Of a stretch of 64,000 nucleotides of DNA, positions 11,613 to 22,900 are shown one piece after another. A model generated the notes under the pieces. It did no database searches. It was not told where the DNA came from and saw nothing but the letters and a program-made list of their open reading frames with translations. Position numbers and translations under genes: made by a program. The DNA comes from Sedimentisphaerales bacterium (GTDB lineage Bacteria > Planctomycetota > Phycisphaerae > Sedimentisphaerales > SM23-30): contig CAXXFK010000006.1 in assembly GCA_963663965.2 (NCBI GenBank), positions 244,891 through 308,890 on the forward strand, in the 5' to 3' direction. Numbering within the stretch: the first letter of the stretch is position 1; each line of letters opens with the position of its first letter.

Positions 11613-13082
11613 ATGGAATCGACCATTAAGTGTCCGAATTGTGCGTATCAGATTGAGATAACCGAGGTGATGTCGGCGCAGCTGGCGGAGAAGATGCGGG
11701 CCGAGGTAACCGAGGAGATGGCCCCGCTGCGTAAGAAGTTGGAGCAGGCCCAGGGCGAGCTGGCCCGGCGCGAGGCGAAACTGGCGGATACCGAAAAGGC
11801 GGTGACCGAGCAGGTACAGGCCCGGCTGGCCGAGCAGGAGAAGAAACTGCTGGCCCGTGCCCGGCAGCAGGCGGTGGATGAGCTGACGGTGGATCTCAAA
11901 GACCGGGATGAGCAGATCAAAGAGATGCAGTTGAAACTGTCGGCGGCCAATAATAAGGAGGTGGACCTGCGCAAGCGGGAACGGGAACTGACCGACCAGC
12001 AGGAGCAGATGAAAGCCGAGCGAGAGCAGGTGGAAGAGGCCGGCCGTCGAGCCGCCCAGGCTGAAAGGGACCGGATTACGGCCGAGGCCACGCAGAAGGC
12101 CCGGGAACAACTGGCAGGCGACCTGGCCGCTCAGCGTGAGTCGATGGCCGCTATGGAAGAGCAGCTCAAGGCCGCGCGCCAGGCCGAAAAGGAGCTTTTG
12201 CAGCGCGAGATGAAGCTGAAAGATCGCGAAGAGGCGGTCGGGCTGGAAACCCAGCGCCAGGTCAGCGCCCTGCGGGACCAGCTGGTGGCCGATACCCGCA
12301 AGCAGGCGGCGGAGGAATATGGCCTGAAAGAGGCAGAACATAACAAGCGGCTGGCCGATTTGAAGGCCCAGCTGGACGATGCCCGCCGCAAGGCCGATCA
12401 GGGCTCTCAGCAGATGCAGGGCGAGGTGATGGAACTGGCCTTGCAGCAGCTGCTGACGGAGAGCTTTCCGGCTGATTCGATCGAAGAGGTGCCCAAGGGC
12501 GTCCGGGGCGGCGATGTGGTCCAGCGGGTGCGGACCGGGGGCGGGCTCGATTGCGGTACGATCTTGTGGGAGTCCAAACGGACGAAAAACTGGTCCAGCC
12601 AGTGGCCGGCCAAACTGCGCGAAGACCAACGCAACGCCAAGGCCGAACTGGCTATTCTGGTCAGCGAGGTTCTGCCCGACGGGGTGGAATATTATCAGCA
12701 GCAGGAAGGGATCTGGGTGTGCAGCTGGTCCATGGCCGTTTACCTGGCGGCCGCGCTGCGCAACGGGCTGCTCGAAACCGCCAAGGCCCGCCATGCGCTG
12801 GAAGGCCGGCAGACCAAAATGGAACAGGTGTATAGCTACTTGGCCGGCGCCGAGTTCAAGAACCGGGTGGGGGGCTTTATCGAGCCGATTGTCGGCATGA
12901 AGACCCAGCTCGACCAGGAAAAACGCGCCCTGACCAAACACTGGGCCAGCCGCGAAAAAATGCTCGACCAGGCCATCACCGGTATCGCCGGCATGTACGG
13001 CGATTTCCAGGGCATCATCGGCGGCACCCTGCCCCAGATCGAGGCCATGGAGCTGTTGAGGCTGGATGGGGAAACTGTATAA
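11613..13082 (+). CDS. DUF2130-like protein (CxxC motif, long coiled coil, restriction-endonuclease-like domain)
   Basis: IKCPNC, coiled coil, QGSQQMQGEVME, GGDVVQ..ILWESKRTKNWS. Visibly more GC-rich than its neighbours. Confidence 0.8.
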   Translation: MESTIKCPNCAYQIEITEVMSAQLAEKMRAEVTEEMAPLRKKLEQAQGELARREAKLADTEKAVTEQVQARLAEQEKKLLARARQQAVDELTVDLKDRDEQIKEMQLKLSAANNKEVDLRKRERELTDQQEQMKAEREQVEEAGRRAAQAERDRITAEATQKAREQLAGDLAAQRESMAAMEEQLKAARQAEKELLQREMKLKDREEAVGLETQRQVSALRDQLVADTRKQAAEEYGLKEAEHNKRLADLKAQLDDARRKADQGSQQMQGEVMELALQQLLTESFPADSIEEVPKGVRGGDVVQRVRTGGGLDCGTILWESKRTKNWSSQWPAKLREDQRNAKAELAILVSEVLPDGVEYYQQQEGIWVCSWSMAVYLAAALRNGLLETAKARHALEGRQTKMEQVYSYLAGAEFKNRVGGFIEPIVGMKTQLDQEKRALTKHWASREKMLDQAITGIAGMYGDFQGIIGGTLPQIEAMELLRLDGETV

Positions 13083-13099
13083 AAACAGAAAGGTGAGTT

Positions 13100-14799
13100 A
13101 TGTTAACCAGAATCGAAATCGAAAACTTTAAAGGCATTGGCGACCTGATATCGGTGCCGATCAAACCCATAACACTGCTTTTCGGCGCCAACAGCGCCGC
13201 AAAAGCACGATTATGCATGCGTTGCATTATGTGAGCGAGATACTCGAACGGCAGAATGTCGATGTTGGCAGAACGGCCCGGGGCGGCAACAGCATTGATC
13301 TGGGTGGATTTGCCGAACTGGTTCATAAAAAAGACCTCAATCGGACTATATCCATTCGGTTGGAGTTTGAGTTAGAAGATGAGTCTCTGAAAGATTATTT
13401 GTCAGACGATAAGTATGTCAATACATTTGAGATTCGTTTTGAAGAAGATAGTGCTCCTTTGGGGGATACTGATTATCAGTTTACTCCGGTTCAATCGTTT
13501 TGGGTTGAATTAGAGGTCGGTTTTAGCCATTTTATAAAACAACCGAATGTGACAAGATATTCAACAGGTATTAATGGAAAACGGTTGGCAACATTGCACT
13601 ACAAGCCGGGTAGTTTTTATGCCGATATCGAAAGTATCAATGAAGAACATGAGGTATTCAGGGTAGACAGTGCGCCTTTTGGTAATCCCGGAGGTGGAAT
13701 CTCTGTGAATATTGCCACCAGCGCTTATGCCCGATGCGGATCACAAGCACCTTCGTCAAAATTATCCAATGCCCCGTTGCAGTTCAAAACCAATGCGATT
13801 CATGGCGCATTGCCCCGATTGAATGAAATTCTTGAGTTCCCAGGTTTAGTGCCGGATCCTTCCATGTATGAATCAGGGACGATAATTCCTCGCATGACGA
13901 AAAAAGACCAGGATGAATATGAGGGACAGGATGCCTATGTCGCCGGTAAGGTGTTGATGAGGTTGCTGACTCAATACCTAGTGGCGCCGGCGGAATATGC
14001 CCGGGATTTTCTGAAAGGGATACGATATGTTGGCCCCTTACGAACGGTTCCGCCAGCCAACTATTATAAGCCAAGAGTGATTGAAGAATCTCGCTGGGCT
14101 GATGGTATGGCAGTTTGGGATTTACTTGGGACAGCTGGTAAAGAGGCGTTTTCATATGAGTTAAGTGAGTGGTTGAGCCGCGAGGATCGACTTAATACTG
14201 GTTATGAGATGATTGTTACTTCTGTTCGGGAAATCGATCAAAAAACTCAGGACTGGATGATGCGTACTGAATGGGAACAGGAGGATTCTAGTGTTGAGAA
14301 GGAAGCGATAGTCGATTTAGACCGCATACCAGTCAGGAAAAAGGTTCAGCTTTACGACATGCCTAGAGATACCTATGTTTGTCCCAATGCGGTGGGGATT
14401 GGCATATCGCAGGTGATTCCGGTAATCGGTGCAATTGTGGCTGATGGCGCCTCATTGGTTCAAGTTGAACAGCCGGAATTGCATCTGCACCCAACCCAGC
14501 AGGCCGCACTGGGCGATTTACTGATCGCGGGTGTCAGGCAACATAATAAATTGTTGTTCATTGAAACCCATAGCGAGCATTTGATTCTGAGACTTCTTCG
14601 CCGAATTCGGGAAACTTCTAAGGAAATGGTTCCTGATGCCATGTTAAGTCTGTCTCCTGAGGATGTGGCGGTTTTATATCTTCAATCTAAAAACGGCCAA
14701 ACCAGAATAAGAGTTATCGATGTTGATAATAATGGCGATTTTGTTCAGCCCTGGCCGGATGACTTTTTTGATCAGGATTTTCATGAGAGGTTTGCCTGA
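13100..14799 (+). CDS. ABC/AAA_21-type ATPase with DUF3696-like C-terminus; apparent -1 frameshift in Walker A at ~13199
   Basis: From ATG 13100: MLTRIEIENFKGI..ITLLFGANSA(G)KSTIMHAL. Later GIGISQVIPV, VEQPELHLHP, IETHSEH and WPDDFFD. Confidence 0.85.
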
Positions 14800-15770
14800 T
14801 GTATACTGAAATTGCGTTTACACCACATATATTTGATGAAGATTGCAATACTGACAATGAAAAGTGGTACTTGGGAATATATAATTTGGGCCAAGGATTA
14901 TTACCTAAAACGGCTGCAGAGCCAATCATTTTGTCAGATATTTATGGCGGTAGTTGTTTGAATGAGGCAGTTGCAAATATAAGCAGAATTAAAGACCACC
15001 GAGTTAGAGTCTTAGCGCAATCCTGTGCGCAAAAAATGAGTAAGTTATCTGTTATAAGGCCCTCAGAAAGCGATTGGCCACAAAGTGAGCAGGATTGGTT
15101 AGGCGAATGTGAAAATTCATTTGTTAACTTTCCAATGGGAAGGGTGTTGATTAGTAATTCTCATCACCAACATATTATTACCCAGATGCCAGCATTTTCT
15201 ATTTATGATCCGGCGGATGACCAGAGCGGATTCTGGAATGATATTCAAAGCCAGGGCAGGGTGAATATGAACCTTGATGATCAGGTGAACCTTTTGAGGC
15301 CAATCTGTGTTCATGCAGACTATATTGCTATTAAATCACCACAGATTAGGGGGGGCAGCGACGATGAAACGGTATTTGCGGCCAGAATCATTCAATCTGC
15401 CCTTAATAGGCCAACCAATTATCCAGAAATCAAAGTGATCGAGTTTCATCTGGATGATCAACACAATTCGAATCATGATAACTCTGTAATTAACATAATC
15501 CAACTAGTGCGGCGAATTACTGCTAAATCCAATACAGGTCTGAAAATTAACTTCTATTTCTGGCCCCATTACACGGATCGGGAGCTGGTGGCTGGTCTAT
15601 TAAAAAATGGCATTAAAAGCCCCCGTTGGGGTATCAGTATGAATCACATTGCCAGACCGGCCGACACCAGTGGATCTACGACATGGAATATAATTGCCCA
15701 GAAGAATTTAGATGATATTGCGAATACGAGTGATACCCAGATATTTGATATGAAGGAAGATAATCTTTAA
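14799..15770 (+). CDS. Hypothetical protein coupled to the ATPase
   Basis: 323-aa ORF with TGATG overlap. No confident family. Confidence 0.75.
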   Translation: MYTEIAFTPHIFDEDCNTDNEKWYLGIYNLGQGLLPKTAAEPIILSDIYGGSCLNEAVANISRIKDHRVRVLAQSCAQKMSKLSVIRPSESDWPQSEQDWLGECENSFVNFPMGRVLISNSHHQHIITQMPAFSIYDPADDQSGFWNDIQSQGRVNMNLDDQVNLLRPICVHADYIAIKSPQIRGGSDDETVFAARIIQSALNRPTNYPEIKVIEFHLDDQHNSNHDNSVINIIQLVRRITAKSNTGLKINFYFWPHYTDRELVAGLLKNGIKSPRWGISMNHIARPADTSGSTTWNIIAQKNLDDIANTSDTQIFDMKEDNL

Positions 15771-16563
15771 TCGTCATTTAAGTTTAAGAACAAAATATTT
15801 TATGTGTAAAGAAATACTCTGTTAAATGTTAATATTTATTTGAGGTGAGCACATGGCGACTTATAGTGAGTGGAATAGTTGGTTAACTGATTACTTCTTT
15901 AATTGTAACAAATCAAATAAAGAGGTCTTTCTTGCTGTTTGTCCAGAAGTGATAAATGAGATCGGACAAATTAACAATATTAAATCACCGGATGATGATT
16001 TTATTAATGCTATACGAAATTGTGATTTGCGGAAACCTCTACACAGCAATATGATACAAACTGCTGATGATTTACGCTCAGAACATAAAAATACATCCTA
16101 TTCTGGTGATCCCAAGTATGTCGCCTTTTTATCCTTCTTGGTATATTGCATATCCATATCGCCTAATCTAACTGGTAAGAATCAAATCCCTGATTTAGAA
16201 AAGAAACTTAATGAGTCTGGTTTAAGAGAATTTTATAATGATCGAGTTCCAGGTATATGGGGAGCGCTGGAAAAGTGGACCCGGATTAATCAATTTGAAA
16301 AAGGAAGGTTTAATGCAATACATATTCCGCATTATAAGAACGTTGGCTACGCTTTTAGGCAGGCCTTATTTAGGAAAAGTGATCACAAATTAATTGAGGA
16401 TGCGCTAGCTAAATCGAAAGTGTCAGCAGGTCTCGAATTGGATAAGATTCAAGCACGAAAAATATTAGCCAACCTACCAAGTGGAACCCGGCTAGCACAA
16501 TTATTTCAAAAAAGTACTGATACCGAAATTAAAGAATATTTAATTCAAAGAGTTTTCGATGTA

Positions 16564-17885
16564 TATAATACTCCCCAAAAACTGGACAAAAAAACGGTGA
16601 TTTTTAGATGGAATTGCCGCCTGAACCGATTGAATAATTCGTATTCAGGAGACAGTTTTAATGAAAGGCAAACGGCGAAATCACAGTGCCCAGTTTAAGG
16701 CGAAAGTGGCCCTGGCCGCCCTGAAGGGCGACAAGACGCTGGCGGAGTTGGCCAAGGTTTACCAGGTACACCCGACTCAGGTTACCCAGTGGAAAAAGGA
16801 GCTTTTGAATGCCTTGCCGGAGATCTTTTCTCTGAGGCGCCACCAGGATCAGCGCGAGCAGCAGGCTTTGGTGGATCAGTTATATCAGCAGATCGGCCAA
16901 CTCACGATGGAGTTGGACTGGCTTAAAAAAAAATCCGGGCTTGACACTTGAGCAGAAGCGCCTGGCGATAGAGCCGGGCCATCCCCGGATTCCGATCGAT
17001 CGTCAGTGTGAACTGCTGGGCCTGGCCCGCAGTAGTTACTATTATCGTCCCTGCCGGGACACGGAGTACCATGAGAGTCTGATGCGGCTATTGGATGAAC
17101 AATACCTCAAAACCCCTTGTTACGGGGTTGACAAGATGACGCAGTGGCTGCGTCGTCAAGGCCACATCGTCAATCCGAAGCGCGTGCGCCGTTTGCTCCG
17201 GCTGATGGGCTTAGAAGCGATTTATCCGCGCGTTAAGCGGCATTTGAGCCAACCGGACCCGGCCCACAAGATTTATCCCTACCTGCTTGATGGGGTGGTG
17301 GTTACCCGGCCGAACCAGGTCTGGTCGACCGATATTACCTATATCCGCATGTCTCAGGGCTGGGTGTACTTAACGGCGGTCATGGATTGGTTCAGCCGTT
17401 ATGTGTTAAGCTGGGAAGTTTCGATCACGCTGGAGGCCGATTTTTGCGTATCGGCGTTGGAGCAGGCGCTGGGCCAGGGCACCCCGGAGATCTTCAATAC
17501 GGATCAGGGCAGCCAATTTACATCAGTGGATTTTATCCGGCCCTTGAAAGATGCCGGGATTTTAATCAGCATGGATGGCCGGGGCCGGGTATTTGACAAC
17601 ATATTTGTCGAACGGTTATGGCGTTCGGTCAAGGTGGAGGAGGTCTATCTGCGAGATTACCAGACGGTGGCCGAGGCGGTGTTAGGCCTGGGCCGCTATT
17701 TTGAGTTTTACAATCATGAACGGCTGCACGAGGCCCTGGGATACCTTACCCCGGCCGAGGTGTTCGCCGGGGCTGTCGCCCCTCCAGTCGCCCTCCGGGC
17801 TCCTTCCGGGGCGACAGCCCCCACCGTGGCGATAACTCCATCTAAGAAAGTCAATATTTTTGTCTAGACAATGGGGAGGGGTACA
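16564..17885 (+). mobile_element. IS3-family insertion sequence, copy 1 (1322 bp)
   Basis: Imperfect IRs TATAATACTCCCCAAAAACTGGACAAAAA / TGTACCCCTCCCCATTGTCTAGACAAAAA. 3-bp target duplication GTA at 16561-63 and 17886-88. OrfA and OrfB with an A9 slippery run. Confidence 0.96.
16661..17867 (+). CDS. IS3 transposase OrfA (16661-16951) and OrfB (16941-17867), programmed -1 frameshift
   Basis: HSAQFKAKVAL HTH; WSTDITYI, NTDQGSQF, DNIFVERLWRSVK (DDE). Confidence 0.95.
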
Positions 17886-19918
17886 GTATACAATAAATGG
17901 GATGGGTCTGTCGGCGATAATTCAAGCAAATCGACATATCAACTTACACTTGTTCTGCGAGTTAACGATTTTGATGAAAATGTGATGTTTCGAGCAAAAA
18001 TACGCAATCCTGAAAATATTGGATTAGAAAACTTTGGTACGTTTAATTTTAAAAACAATTATAGCATATCATATTATGATGAGTATTGGTCAGAACAGTT
18101 ATTGGATGGAGAATATGCTTATAATGCGATCGAGCTACTTACGACAAAAATTGAATTAACGAGCGAAGAAAATGGAGTTATAGTCCAGTCTGCAGATTAT
18201 AATACACCAATCATTTTCGATAATGGCGAGCATTATGGTGCAATGGGCTATTGGGTAGAAACTAATAATCCAAAATCAGATGAATTTTTAATTTTATCGA
18301 GAGATGAATTATTGGGAGACGCATTTCAATTGCTTTCTTATGATGGTGTGCCAAAAGACTGGAATCTATTCATAATTAATTATAATAATTATCTGCATGG
18401 CTCAGATGATCCATTAGGCATTAAGGATAAGGTAACGTTTAAAGAAATTAATAAAAAAGTGACAATTGATGGTTTCCATTTTAATGGAAAATATTTTAGG
18501 TTTTTACCCCCAAGAATAAAAGTAGCTCCAGATGTAAGTGAAATATTCTGTAATGATATTAAAATATTCATTGATGAAAAAACAGGAAATTATGATATAT
18601 CAAACCATATAACAGACGATGTTTATGTGATCAATATAAAAGCATTATGTGGTAATGAATTTGAGGAACATAAAATCGAGTTTGTAAAATCTTTATTAAA
18701 TGAAATCACAAATGATCATTCTTTAGATGCATCTGGCCAAGCATCTAAGGTGAGCAACGGTATCTTTGGTGCAAACCTGACAGATAAGGATTATCAACCG
18801 CCTGGTTATCCTAAACCTAAAAATAAAATATTATACAACAAAGCATTTACAGTTGAATCAAAGGTACATATTCCTAAAATTCCCAATACTATACCTACCT
18901 TGAATACCGACATTTTGCAAATAGTTAGACAGAGAAAGGGGAATAGGATTACTGATAGAGAGTTACGATCTTCGATTAAGGAATTAATTTATTATAAATG
19001 CGGTGTAGTCGAACCTGATCCCACCAATTTCATAATTAGTGTGTTAGTAGATCTTGGGAACCTGGAGTATTCCAATAATTATTATTACCTAACTTCAACG
19101 TCTTTTATTCAGAAGATTTCAAAAAGCAATGAAGCTTTTCTAACCGGCTGGCGAGATGAATCACTGTTGCACAATATTATAGATCAATCCCAAAGATGTA
19201 AAGATGTTAGTATAGTATTTGATAATAATTATACGCTTAATAATGATTATGTATTAAAAAACAATTGGATGAATCTATTACCTACTCCGATTAATCTGAT
19301 CGCCAAAGATGAGGATATTTTATATCGATTTCTGAAAGAATTTCAATATTCCAATAATTCTAATTCATGGAGTATTCTAAATTGGTCACATGACAAAAAA
19401 ACAGTATTAAACAATATTCAGGATGGATGGACAATCAGAAATCTAGGTAATACGGCCAAGTATCAGTCCTTTAATTTTAAAACGTTGGGGTGGGAAAATG
19501 GTCGGTCAAAGGAGGACTGTCTCTACGGCCTGTATCGAGAAAAACGCTTTGATGGTGAACATTATTTTCTAGTGAAAGATGAGTATATCAACCGAATCAA
19601 TCTCGATTGGGGTATGAATATTTATTTAAGTGAGCTCAAATATTTCAGTTTATTTTATGATGAATTCAAAAAAGTATTGTTATGCCCATATAAATGCAAA
19701 TTACCACTTCTGGTAAGCCGAGGGCTTGCTCTTTGCAGTGGATTAGTACAAGAACTTCATGGTAATTATTTAGAAACTGGCAATAGCTATTTGGGGCGAT
19801 TTCGAAGTATCCGTGAAATAGGATGGCATAATAAGTGGTTTATTGCCTATCGATCAGTACCGTGGCCAATCGCTCAGAAAGTCGCAGAAATGTCAGGAAG
19901 ACAAATGGATAAGATTTA

Positions 19919-22900
19919 ATGGAGATAGTTATGCAATCGGACCCAATAACAAATGCAGAGAAGATAAAAGAGAGTATCATCAGGTATGTCAATACGACTT
20001 TTAATGTTAGATACAAATCATTTGTCGAGGAACGAGAGCGTTTACTTAAAAAGGAAGGAACTATTGGTAAGATACCATGGTTTGAATTAATTCCTCAATA
20101 TAAAACCAGTAAAAAAATTGATGATATAACGAATGATGATGTCAAAATGGATCCTCAAGTAATTGATCGATTTAAAGAATTCGTAAAATGTGGATTAATT
20201 GGTGATTATCCATTGTACATGCACCAATTAGAAACACTTCAAAAAGCATCTAAGGGGCAAAATGTTATTATCACTGCCGGAACCGGTTCGGGTAAAACGG
20301 AATCATTTCTTTTACCGATTTTCTCTCAACTTATTGAAGAGTCAATAAATTGGCAATCTCCATCTAGAACGGCATTTCATCAATGGTGGCGGAATGATTC
20401 TGGTGAGCGTATTAACCAGAGACATTATGAACATCGCCCGAGTGCAATAAGAGCATTAATCATATATCCCATGAATGCACTCGTTGAAGATCAGATGGCT
20501 CGATTGAGAAAAGCAGTTTGTTCAAATAAAGCCGAGCAGTGGTTCTCTAAACATTTAAATGGAAACAGATTTTATATTGCTAGATATAACAGTAATACTC
20601 CAGTATCAGGATATCCTAATGAAAAAACAAAACAAAAAGAATTAAAAAGACAACTAAGAGATCTAGAGAAAAATTTGGAGCAAGCAAGAATATATGATCA
20701 TACCTATAACAAAGGAGCACAGTATTATTTTCCACAAATTGACAGAGCTGAAATGTGCAGTCGTTGGGACGTTCAAGAGTGCCCACCGGATATTCTAATT
20801 ACGAATTCAAGCATGCTCAGCGTAATGATGATGCGGGAGATAGAAGACGATATATTTGAAAAAACTAAAAAATGGCTTGAGGAATATGATAATGCTATTT
20901 TTAATCTTGTAATCGATGAATTACATCTTTATCGAGGTACGGCAGGAACAGAAGTATCATATTTAATTAGACTATTATTATATCGTTTGGGTTTAACTCC
21001 GGATAGCCCAAAATTGAGAATTTTGGCTTCAAGCGCATCAATTGAACCAGATAGTGATAGCATCAAATATTTGGATGAATTTTTTGGATCAAAATGGAAT
21101 CCAGAAAATATTGTTTCGGGTAGCTATGAAAATCAACGCGTGCTTTTCGCTAAAAAGTTAGATGTATATCAGTTGGCTGGCCTTAGACAAAATGAAATAC
21201 CAAAAGATGCTACACATTGGGATGCTGACTTTTTCCGACAAGCATTATATAGCGGTTTTCAAGGTAAGACTGCTATCAGTGCGTTAGAATTCAGTCGAAA
21301 TATTTTTGGAGAGCATGATGATCACATGCTTATTAATGGTTTGAAAGCTTTCTTAAGATTGCGAATGAAACTAAGAGATTCCAGGATTCCTTCTATCAGA
21401 GTTCACTATCTCTTCAGAAATATTGAGGGTATTTGGGGGACAGCCAAACCCGCAGGTATCGATAAGTGTACGGTGGGAATGATATCCCTAAGAAAAACAC
21501 CCTATATTAAGCAGAATGGTGAATATTTACGAGCTTTTGAATTATTATATTGTGAATATTGTGGCAGTTTGTTTTTCGGTGGAATGCGTTGCGGTAACGA
21601 TCATGAGTTTGATATGTTACCTGATAATTACGATTTAGAAAAAGCACCTTGGAAACCAATTGAAACTTATACTGGTAGCAAGAGTTATGAAGATTATGCT
21701 GTTTTCTGGCCAATGGAGAATGCTGTTAAAAATTTTTCAGTAAAAGGCAAAAAAGTGGAGGGGGGTTGGAGAAAGGCTTTATTAGATCCATATCTAGGGC
21801 GTGTTATGCCAAGTGATGAGGTTGAAGAACGCGAAAGAAGAGAGAAATTGATTAACGGTTATGTCTATGTGGCTAAAAATTCAGATCTTCATAACAAAGC
21901 AATGCCGCAAACATGTCCATTTTGTGGGATTTATAAAGCAAAAGCCAGGCCAATCAGAGCATTCAATGCTGGTTTTAGTCATATGGCGAAAAATTTAATT
22001 CGTGAGTTATTCTATTTGTTAGAAGAAAGAAAGCTAATTGTATTTTCAGATAGTAGAGAGGCCGCAGCTAGTATAGCAAATGGAGTGGAAAGATGGCATT
22101 ATATAGATTTAATGAGAGAGATACTTATCCAAATTGCTGCCGAATCAGAAAGGAATCGACCAGAAAAGATAAAAGTATTAGAGGACGAATTAATTTATTA
22201 TCAGAATGAGATTAATAAAACACAAGTTCCTGAAAGCCAAAAAAAAGAATATCTCAATAAAATTCCTTTGTGGCAGGAAAAAATCGAAAGACTTAAAAAT
22301 GAGAATGTGATGTGGTTTGATGAGGCGGTATTATCGATCGAGAATTCCGATTTAGTTAAGAAGTTTATGGATATAGGAGCAAATCCTGCCGGCAGCGATA
22401 TACAATATCAAAAATTTAATAATGAAAATCAAAAATGGAATATTATCTTAGATAAAATAATAAAAAAATCATTAAAATCTGAACATGATATGAGTGAATT
22501 CAAATATCGCTATATACCAAAGATTAAAGAAGAAATATCAACAACATTATACGGAAGAACGTTTTGGGGATTTGAGCCTTTTGGGATTGGTTATCTTGTA
22601 CCTCACGAACTAAATAGTATTAATCCATACAACATAGCAGAACAAGATTATCGTGAAATTATTTATAGTTGTATTCGAATTTTAGGTATTAACCATTATT
22701 ATGAGACTATTAGTAATGAGTTGTGGTGCAATTTCAATATCGGAGAAGGAAATGAAATCAATAACTATTTGAAATCAGTGGCTCAAAAATATCTAATAAC
22801 CGATAAAGCGGGATTCGAAGATCACATTAAACGACATTTTGTGATTAGCGGATCACGCTTAGGGCTAAAACTGGAGAGGTATGGTCTGAGACTTATTGAT

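Larger units (their letters stand above)
15853..19919 (+). pseudogene. Large hypothetical protein in the DruH-like position, interrupted by IS3
   Basis: Removing 16564-17885 and one GTA restores ..RVFDV|YNKWDG.. in frame. C-terminal LPLLVSRGLALCSG...YRSVP. Directly upstream of the DUF1998 helicase. Confidence 0.75.

Noticed and set aside
11568..12941. 457-aa minus-strand ORF and similar antisense ORFs over hsdR, hsdM, IS genes and the 711-bp repeats
   Set aside because: Shadows of GC-rich or repeated plus-strand genes with no motifs of their own.
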